From Lachnospiraceae bacterium (GTDB lineage: Bacteria; Bacillota; Clostridia; Lachnospirales; Lachnospiraceae), in assembly GCA_022791755.1 (NCBI GenBank), contig JAAVZR010000031.1, positions 7,830 through 71,829 on the forward strand: a stretch of DNA of 64,000 nt. The letters are read 5' to 3'. A model generated the notes under the pieces. That model saw only the letters and a program-made list of their open reading frames with translations. It was not told the origin of the DNA and did no database searches. The translations under genes were made by a program, and so were the position numbers. Of the stretch, positions 57,722-64,000 are shown piece by piece (position 1 is the first letter of the stretch; each line of letters opens with the position of its first letter).

Positions 57722-58855
57722 ATGGAACTGACGATACTGATGCCTTGCCTGAACGAAGCGGAGACGCTGAAGACGTGCATTGAGAAGGCCCGTGCCTATC
57801 TGGAGAAGAGCGGGGTGGACGGGGAGATTCTGATAGCGGATAACGGAAGCACCGACGGCTCTCAGGAGATAGCCAGAGGCTGCGGGGCCAGGGTGGTGGA
57901 TGTGCAGGAGAGAGGGTATGGAGCGGCTCTGATCGGCGGCTGCAATGCGGCGCTTGGAACCTATGTAATCATGGGAGATGCCGATGACAGCTATGATTTT
58001 CTGCATCTGGATCCCTTTGTGGAGAAGCTGCGGGAGGGCTATGATCTGGTCATGGGTAATCGTTTCCGGGGCGGGATCGAGCCGGGGGCCATGCCGCCGC
58101 TCCACCGCTATCTGGGAAATCCTGTCCTGTCTTTTATCGGCCGCCTCTTTTATCCCAGCAGTATCGGAGACTTTCACTGCGGGCTCAGGGGCTATAACCG
58201 GGAGGCTATGCTGGCTTTGGGACTTCGCACCACGGGAATGGAGTACGCCAGCGAGATGGTGGTGAAGGCCACCCTGTACCATCTGAAAATCGCGGAGGTT
58301 CCCACTACGCTTAAAAAGGATGGCCGCTCCCACGCGCCGCACCTGCGCAGTTTCCGGGACGGCTGGCGCCACCTGAAGTTTCTGCTGATGCACAGCCCCA
58401 ACTGGCTGTTTCTGTATCCCGGCGTTTTTTTTATTATACTGGGATTGCTGCTGTTGATCGCTTTGATGTTCGGGCCGGTCTCCATCGGCAATATCACGCT
58501 GGATATTCATACCATGCTCTACGGCTCCGCCTTCACAATCATCGGCGTCAGCACAGTGCAGTTCGCTGTCTTTACGAAGACATATGCAAAGAATTCCGGC
58601 TTCATACCGGTGGATACGAGCAGAACCGAGAAACTTACGGAGGACAGAGTCATTCTGGCCGGCGGTATTTTTCTTCTGATTGGGGTGGCAGCCACCGTGG
58701 CGGCGCTGGTGCTGTGGGGAAAACAGTCCTTCGGAGCGCTGGACCCTCAGTATATTATGCGGCTTACCATACCGGCCCTGACGGCAATGGCGGTGGGGGT
58801 GCAGATGATATTCGGCGGCTTTTTCATAGGGATTCTGAATATACGGCATAAGTAA
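57722..58855 (+). CDS. Membrane-anchored GT2 glycosyltransferase (polyprenyl-phosphate sugar synthase-like, GtrB/ArnC type)
   Basis: LTILMPCLNE, DNGSTDGS, and GDADDSYD (DxD). Four C-terminal TM helices. Confidence 0.8.
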   Translation: MELTILMPCLNEAETLKTCIEKARAYLEKSGVDGEILIADNGSTDGSQEIARGCGARVVDVQERGYGAALIGGCNAALGTYVIMGDADDSYDFLHLDPFVEKLREGYDLVMGNRFRGGIEPGAMPPLHRYLGNPVLSFIGRLFYPSSIGDFHCGLRGYNREAMLALGLRTTGMEYASEMVVKATLYHLKIAEVPTTLKKDGRSHAPHLRSFRDGWRHLKFLLMHSPNWLFLYPGVFFIILGLLLLIALMFGPVSIGNITLDIHTMLYGSAFTIIGVSTVQFAVFTKTYAKNSGFIPVDTSRTEKLTEDRVILAGGIFLLIGVAATVAALVLWGKQSFGALDPQYIMRLTIPALTAMAVGVQMIFGGFFIGILNIRHK

Positions 58856-58900
58856 CGGGCGGTCTTTGGCGGCAGGTGAAATACAGGATTGGAGACAGGC

Positions 58901-59782
58901 ATGGGACGGGAATATGACGAGGCGACATTAAAGAGGCTACAGCAGCTGGAGCTGGGGATTTTAAAGGATTTCATCTGGCTGTGTGAGAAATATGAGCTGA
59001 CCTGGTTTTCCTTTGCGGGGACGGCCATCGGCGCTCTGCGCCATAAGGGGTTTATTCCCTGGGACGACGATATCGACGTATGTCTGCCCCGGCCGGATTT
59101 TGAGAAGTTTTTAATGGCCGCAAAAAAGGAATTTCCGGACAAATACCGGATGATGAATGCGGAGATTGATGAGAACTATCCGCTGACCACGACCCGCTGG
59201 ATGCTGGCCGGGACGAAATTCAAGGAGATGCCTCTGAGGGACGTACCCTGTGAGTTGGGGATCTTTCTTGATATCTATCCCTTTGACAACGTGGCGGATG
59301 ATGAGAAGGCATACAAAAAGCAGGCGTGGGACGCCTGGTTCTGGAGCAAGGTGCTGATTCTGCGCTGTCTGCCCCGGCCGATGCTCCGGTTCAGGGGGTG
59401 GAAGGCGGCGCTGGTGACGGCCGTGTGCGTGGCCGTCAATTTCTTTCTGGGCCTGTTCGGTTTTTCCCGACAGAAGATATATGCCCGCTGCAAGGCGGCC
59501 ATGACGCGCTATAACGACAGGGAGACAAAGAGAATCAGCTATCTGTGCGACACGGACCGGTTCTGGAACACGATCGCTCTGGAGGATCTCTATCCGATCC
59601 AAAAGCTGGACTTTGAGGACATTCAGGTGAACTTTCCCCATGGCGTGGAGAAGATGCTGTCGCAGATGTATCCGGACTATATGACGCTGCCGCCGGTGGA
59701 GAAAAGGAGAAATCACTTCCCCTACGAATTGGATTTTGGAAGATATGGTGAACAGATGGAGACAGCTGGTGTCGGGCAGTAA
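58901..59782 (+). CDS. LicD-family phosphotransferase
   Basis: GTAIGALRHKGFIPWDDDIDV LicD signature. Confidence 0.85.
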   Translation: MGREYDEATLKRLQQLELGILKDFIWLCEKYELTWFSFAGTAIGALRHKGFIPWDDDIDVCLPRPDFEKFLMAAKKEFPDKYRMMNAEIDENYPLTTTRWMLAGTKFKEMPLRDVPCELGIFLDIYPFDNVADDEKAYKKQAWDAWFWSKVLILRCLPRPMLRFRGWKAALVTAVCVAVNFFLGLFGFSRQKIYARCKAAMTRYNDRETKRISYLCDTDRFWNTIALEDLYPIQKLDFEDIQVNFPHGVEKMLSQMYPDYMTLPPVEKRRNHFPYELDFGRYGEQMETAGVGQ

Positions 59783-61031
59783 GACAGACCACGCCAGAGA
59801 TAATTTTTTATGGAATATGACCGGCAGCGCGCTCTATGCCCTGGCGACGATTCTTCTGGTGAGGCTCACCAGAGGAGCCGCAGGCACGGGCGCCGGCGCC
59901 GATTTTAACATAGCGTTTAAAACAGGACAGATTTTGCTTACCGTCGGGTATTTTGAAATCCGTCCTTTTCAGGTTACGGACGTAAAGGGAGAGTACGGAT
60001 TTCAGGATTACCTGAGCTTTCGGATCCTGACCTGTGCGGCCATGGCGGCGGGGGGATTTCTCTTTCCGTGGCTTACGGGGGAGAGCGGGGAACGGTTTTT
60101 TCTGTTTGTACTGCTGTGTCTTTATAAGCTGGCGGACGGGGCGGCCGATGTCTTTGAGGGGGAATTTCAGAAAAACGGGCGCATGGATCTGGCAGGTAAG
60201 TCGGTGGCCTTTCGTACCGTTTTGTCCGTCTCGTCTTACGCGCTGGCCCTGACGGTGACAGGCAATGTGCTCTTGTCCGTGGGGGTGATGGTGCTGGCGG
60301 CGGCGGGAGGCGTGGCGCTCTTTGATGTGGCGCTGATCGGAACCTATGCAGAGCTTTCCGTGTGTTTTGACAGAAACCGGCTGAAAAAGCTGGCCGCGAG
60401 CACAGTGCTTCTGTTCGTCGGTTCCATTCTGTGCCTGTATATTTTCAATGCTTCCAGCTATGCGGTGGATCAGGTATATCAGGGGGGAGATGCGGTGTCT
60501 GCGGATATCCGTTATGTCTACGCCTGTCTTTTTATGCCCACCTCCGTGATCTATCTGGCCTGCGGATTTGTGTTTAAGCCGGTGTTAACCAATCTGGCGG
60601 CTCTGTTTGTAGAGGGGGAGTACCGTTCCTTTGCGGCGATGGTCGGAAAGCTTTTGCTTCTGACCGGCGTTTTCACGGCGGTATGCCTGGCGGGAGGGGC
60701 GCTCATGGGCCTGCCGGTACTGTCCGTGGTGTACGGGTATGACCTGGGCGGATATCTGACGGAACTGGAAATCCTGATACTGGGGGGCGGCTTCAATGCG
60801 GGAAGCCTGATTTTGTACTATGCCATGACCGTGATGCGCCGGCAGAAGGACATCCTGGTCTGCTATGGCATCGTCACGGCGGCAACTCTCCTCGTGAGTA
60901 CGGAGGCGGTGCGCCGGTGGGGACTCATGGGGGCGGCAGTTTCCTACTGCGGTCTGATGGCTTTGCAGGCGGCGGTGTTTGCCGTGGCGGTGATCTGTCG
61001 TTACGGGAAGGCAAAAAGGAGTGTTTTATGA
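59745..61031 (+). CDS. Polysaccharide flippase-like (Wzx/MOP superfamily) membrane protein
   Basis: About 12 TM helices. The start is uncertain (TTG 59736, ATG 59745 or GTG 59748) and overlaps the licD 3' end. Confidence 0.65.
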   Translation: MVNRWRQLVSGSKTDHARDNFLWNMTGSALYALATILLVRLTRGAAGTGAGADFNIAFKTGQILLTVGYFEIRPFQVTDVKGEYGFQDYLSFRILTCAAMAAGGFLFPWLTGESGERFFLFVLLCLYKLADGAADVFEGEFQKNGRMDLAGKSVAFRTVLSVSSYALALTVTGNVLLSVGVMVLAAAGGVALFDVALIGTYAELSVCFDRNRLKKLAASTVLLFVGSILCLYIFNASSYAVDQVYQGGDAVSADIRYVYACLFMPTSVIYLACGFVFKPVLTNLAALFVEGEYRSFAAMVGKLLLLTGVFTAVCLAGGALMGLPVLSVVYGYDLGGYLTELEILILGGGFNAGSLILYYAMTVMRRQKDILVCYGIVTAATLLVSTEAVRRWGLMGAAVSYCGLMALQAAVFAVAVICRYGKAKRSVL

Positions 61032-62071
61032 AGATGAGAGAAGACAAGGCTGCGGATGGCAGGACAGGCCGTCCCAGTGTAGAGCTGATCGTGCCGGTAT
61101 ACCGGCCGGATATCCGACTGGCAGCGCTCTTTAAGAGAATCGGCAGCCAGACATGGCCGGTGAGCGCCATCCATGTGCTGGTGACGGCCGATGAGGAGGA
61201 ATTCGATCAGATCCGGGAACGGTACGGGCGCTTTTTGCCGGAAGGAGAGACCGAATCGGCGCCTCAGGTGCGCTTTACGAGAGTCCGGCCGGAGGAATTT
61301 GACCACGGCGGCACCAGGCATCTGGGCGCCGCAGAGAGCCGGGAGGATGTGCTGCTGTATATGACCATGGATGCCGTGCCGGCGGATGATTTTATGACAG
61401 AGAATCTGGTCCGGGCTCTGTATCCGGAAAATGAGGAACGAAAAGAAGAGCAGGCCGGTCCCGGAGGCTGCGTGGCGGCGGCCTATGCCAGACAGCTGCC
61501 TGCGCCGGGATGCGGAGCCGTCGAGAGGGCAGCCCGACACTTTAATTATCCGAAAGAGAGCCGGGTAAAGAGCGCGGCCGATCTTGCGGCGCTGGGGATT
61601 AAGACATATTTCTGTTCCAATGTCTGCGCGGCCTACCGCAGGGATATCTATCTGAAGCAGGGAGGCTTTGAGCGCCATACCATATTTAACGAGGACATGA
61701 TCTACGCGGCCGGGCTCATACGCTCCGGATACCGTGTGGCCTATGCTGCCGAAGCGAGGGTCATCCACTCCCACAATCAAAGCGGCCCGGAGCTGTTTCG
61801 CCGGAATTTTGACCTGGCGGTCTCCCAGGCGAAACATCCGGAGATCTTCGCCGGTGTGCCTTCTGAGGGCGAAGGAATCCGTATGGTGAAACAGACGGCG
61901 GCTCATCTGTGCCGGACCGGCCGGATATGGCTTTTGCCGAAGCTGTTGTGGCAGTCGGGCTGTAAATATCTGGGATATCTGGCAGGCCGGCGATACCGGA
62001 GTCTGCCCCATGGCCTGGTGATGGCGTTTACTATGAATAAGAGGTACTGGAACGATGAGAGAGAAGTTTGA
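61028..62071 (+). CDS. GT2 family glycosyltransferase
   Basis: ELIVPVYRPD start and a GT-A fold pattern. ATGA overlaps the flippase stop. The extension from 60917 was rejected. Confidence 0.75.
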   Translation: MKMREDKAADGRTGRPSVELIVPVYRPDIRLAALFKRIGSQTWPVSAIHVLVTADEEEFDQIRERYGRFLPEGETESAPQVRFTRVRPEEFDHGGTRHLGAAESREDVLLYMTMDAVPADDFMTENLVRALYPENEERKEEQAGPGGCVAAAYARQLPAPGCGAVERAARHFNYPKESRVKSAADLAALGIKTYFCSNVCAAYRRDIYLKQGGFERHTIFNEDMIYAAGLIRSGYRVAYAAEARVIHSHNQSGPELFRRNFDLAVSQAKHPEIFAGVPSEGEGIRMVKQTAAHLCRTGRIWLLPKLLWQSGCKYLGYLAGRRYRSLPHGLVMAFTMNKRYWNDEREV

Positions 62072-62852
62072 CACCAACCATACGTTTGCGATCTGCGCTT
62101 ACAGGGAATCTCCTTATCTGGAGGAGTGTATCCGTTCCCTGGCCGGTCAGGCGGCCTCCACCAATATCATTCTCTGTACATCCACGCCGAACGAATATAT
62201 CCGGACGCTGGCGGACCGGTATGGGCTGCCGGTGTATGTGCGGGAGGGACAGAGCGATATTCAGGACGACTGGAATTTTGCCTACGATACGGCGGGCACG
62301 CAGTTTGTGACTATCGCCCATCAGGACGATGTGTACGGCAGGGATTATACCAGAGTGCTGTTTGACAGGATCCGCCGCTATCCGGATATGTCCATCTTCT
62401 TTTGCAGCTACGAGGCGATCAAGGGGACGGTGAGGGAACGCCATGAGAGGAGCAGTATGGTAAAGCGCCTTTTATGCCTGCCCGTATCCGTCACGGCTCT
62501 GGCGGATCGCAGATGGGTGAAAAAGAGCTGTCTGTGCCTGGGCAACAGTATTTCCTGCCCGATGATTACCTATAATAAAAATATGACAGGGAGTACCCTT
62601 TTTCGCTCCACACTCAAGTATGCCCTTGACTGGGAGACGAATCTGAAGCTGGCGTGTATGCCGGGGCGCTTTGTCTATGAGAGAAGGCCGTTGGGATATT
62701 ACCGGATTCATGGAGGCGCCACCAGCAAGGAATTCATCCTGAACCATAAGAAAGAGCAGGAGGACAGGGAGATGTTCGGGCATTTCTGGCCCGGATGGCT
62801 GGTGGACAGGATCATGGTACTCTATAAAAAGTCGTACTCGGCCTATGATTGA
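62055..62852 (+). CDS. GT2/GT-A family glycosyltransferase (short)
   Basis: TFAICAYRESPYLEECIRSL and HQDDVY motifs. Overlaps the preceding gene by 17 nt. Confidence 0.65.
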   Translation: MREKFDTNHTFAICAYRESPYLEECIRSLAGQAASTNIILCTSTPNEYIRTLADRYGLPVYVREGQSDIQDDWNFAYDTAGTQFVTIAHQDDVYGRDYTRVLFDRIRRYPDMSIFFCSYEAIKGTVRERHERSSMVKRLLCLPVSVTALADRRWVKKSCLCLGNSISCPMITYNKNMTGSTLFRSTLKYALDWETNLKLACMPGRFVYERRPLGYYRIHGGATSKEFILNHKKEQEDREMFGHFWPGWLVDRIMVLYKKSYSAYD

Positions 62853-62870
62853 GCAGAGGAGGAAAAACGG

Positions 62871-64000
62871 ATGCAGTATCTGCGGACGCTGTCGCTGGTG
62901 TGTCTGGCGGCAGCAGTGATCTTCGGGGCGGGTATGATCGGAGCGGAACGTTACGGCAGAAAGGAAAAGAAAAACATTACGGAGAGGGCCGCCGGGCTGT
63001 TTGTGCCCTGTATTCTGTTCTGGGGTATCCTGTACTCTCTGGTCTTTGTCCCTTTTACGGCGCCGGACGAGTACGCCCATTTTGCCAGCGCCTACCGGCT
63101 GTCGAATCAGATGATGAGACAGAAGGCCGTAGATGACGAGGGCATGGTGCTGGTGCGGGAAGGCGATGCCGCACAGCTGTGGACGGATCTGGATGAGGAG
63201 ACCTACCGGGATGTGTACGGGCGTTTTTTTGCCATGGATCCGGGGAGAGAGCGAATCGCCTATGGTCACCGTACCATGGATGTGGCAGGACACGCCTATC
63301 TGCCGCAGGCAGTGGGGATTACCCTGGGGCGGCTTCTGTCCCTGGGGCAGGTGCTTACGATTTATCTGGGACGGCTGTGCAATCTGGCGTTTTTTGCGCT
63401 CTGCGCCTGGCTGTCCATCCGCCTGGCGCCCTTTGGCAAAATGGCGTTCTTTGGCACGGCGATGCTTCCCATGACACTGGAGCTGGTGTCGTCTCTGTCC
63501 TACGATGCCTTTGCCATCGGGCTGGGGATGCTCTATACGGCCTATACGCTGGGACTGGCCTATGATAAGCCTTCGGTGGGACGCCGGGAGGTACTTACCC
63601 TGGGACTTTTGCTGGCCCTTCTGGCTCCCTGCAAGATGGTCTATATCCCTCTGGCCGGCCTGTGCTTTCTGATTCCGAAGGAAAAATTCGGGGACAAAAA
63701 GACGTACCGGAAAGCGGCGGCAGCCGTGGCGGCCTGTATGGTGATCGGGGTGCTGGCGATCAATCTGGATAAGATTCTGGTATATTTTCAGGGAACGGAG
63801 GATCCGGTGGAGTGGGCCGGAGGCGTGGCCGGATACAGCATCTCGGTGGTGTTGTCCCACCCGCTGCGGGCAGCGGGGGTCATCGCCCGGTCTCTGATTC
63901 GTCAGTTTCCGGCCTATGCCGGGTCCATGGCAGGCAGTTCTCTGGGGTGGCTTGCCTATGAAGTGGATGAGACTTTGATCCTGTTTTTGCTGGTATGGAC
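62871..64000 (+). CDS. DUF2142-like polytopic membrane protein (GT-C-like); 3' end outside the window
   Basis: ATG at 62871 after GAGGAGGAAAAA, and the frame stays open to the window end. My own translation gives FVPFTAPDEYAHFASAYRLS, followed by many TM helices. It is absent from the ORF track because it has no stop. Confidence 0.65.
   Translation, partial: MQYLRTLSLVCLAAAVIFGAGMIGAERYGRKEKKNITERAAGLFVPCILFWGILYSLVFVPFTAPDEYAHFASAYRLSNQMMRQKAVDDEGMVLVREGDAAQLWTDLDEETYRDVYGRFFAMDPGRERIAYGHRTMDVAGHAYLPQAVGITLGRLLSLGQVLTIYLGRLCNLAFFALCAWLSIRLAPFGKMAFFGTAMLPMTLELVSSLSYDAFAIGLGMLYTAYTLGLAYDKPSVGRREVLTLGLLLALLAPCKMVYIPLAGLCFLIPKEKFGDKKTYRKAAAAVAACMVIGVLAINLDKILVYFQGTEDPVEWAGGVAGYSISVVLSHPLRAAGVIARSLIRQFPAYAGSMAGSSLGWLAYEVDETLILFLLVW

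Noticed and set aside
56108-58849. A 913-aa ORF on the minus strand, the longest in the track.
   Set aside because: It runs antisense across the 3' part of the LicC-aminotransferase fusion gene and the whole GT2 gene, both of which have clear family motifs. Its translation is Arg/Pro/Gly/His/Gln-rich with no recognisable domain. This is a typical GC-driven antisense open frame.
62472-63860. A 462-aa minus-strand ORF. The same applies to 61001-62077, 28649-30142 (+), 15368-16246, 46506-47348, 45414-46274 and 18059-18976.
   Set aside because: All lie antisense or out of frame to genes with strong homology signatures. They have low-complexity, Arg/His/Pro-rich composition and no plausible RBS.

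Overview
This 64 kb window looks like a chromosomal segment from a fairly GC-rich, spore-forming Firmicute. The gene content is Clostridia-type (spoIIP, whiA, cdaA-cdaR, comEC, hprK, rnj), but I cannot verify the taxon here. I support about 60 protein-coding genes, mostly on the + strand. I saw no rRNA, tRNA, CRISPR array, transposase or integrase. The many long ORFs antisense to these genes are GC-driven artefacts.

Housekeeping blocks:
- dnaK(partial)-dnaJ ... prmA-rsmE ... nifS-thiI ... mtaB
- ireB-ruvX-DUF1292-rnj-mltG'-trmR-U32 peptidase-uvrC
- hprK-murB-whiA-crh-like
- comEC, spoIIP, lepA-hemW, nth, cdaA-cdaR-ptsH

Accessory modules that interrupt them:
1. A 7TM-sensor histidine kinase and OmpR-type regulator, translationally coupled to rsmE, followed by a lipoprotein with two FMN_bind domains and a FAD-reductase domain.
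2. A lower-GC cellobiose-type PTS operon (IIA-IIC-GH1-GH1-IIB). Its LevR-like regulator has an AAA+ module that looks degenerate: no GAFTGA loop and a D-H Walker B.
3. A lone TIR/nucleoside-deoxyribosyltransferase-like gene with its own promoter, between spoIIP and lepA.
4. A MerR/GyrI-like regulator next to a Tat-exported FMN_bind/FAD reductase, behind a textbook 19-bp-spacer MerR promoter.
5. Two unknown membrane proteins in an operon with cdaA-cdaR-ptsH.
6. A cell-envelope glycopolymer cluster running off the window end: a LicC-like cytidylyltransferase fused to a class I/II aminotransferase, a membrane GT2, LicD, a flippase, two more GT2 genes and a DUF2142 protein. It contains an exactly 20-nt-periodic purine-rich tandem repeat.

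I found no single unambiguous new multi-gene system. The best candidates for undescribed biology are the LicC-aminotransferase/LicD pathway, the TIR/NDT-like orphan, the degenerate LevR-like regulator and the two regulated extracytoplasmic flavoprotein reductases. All family assignments come from motif recognition by eye and memory, not from database searches.
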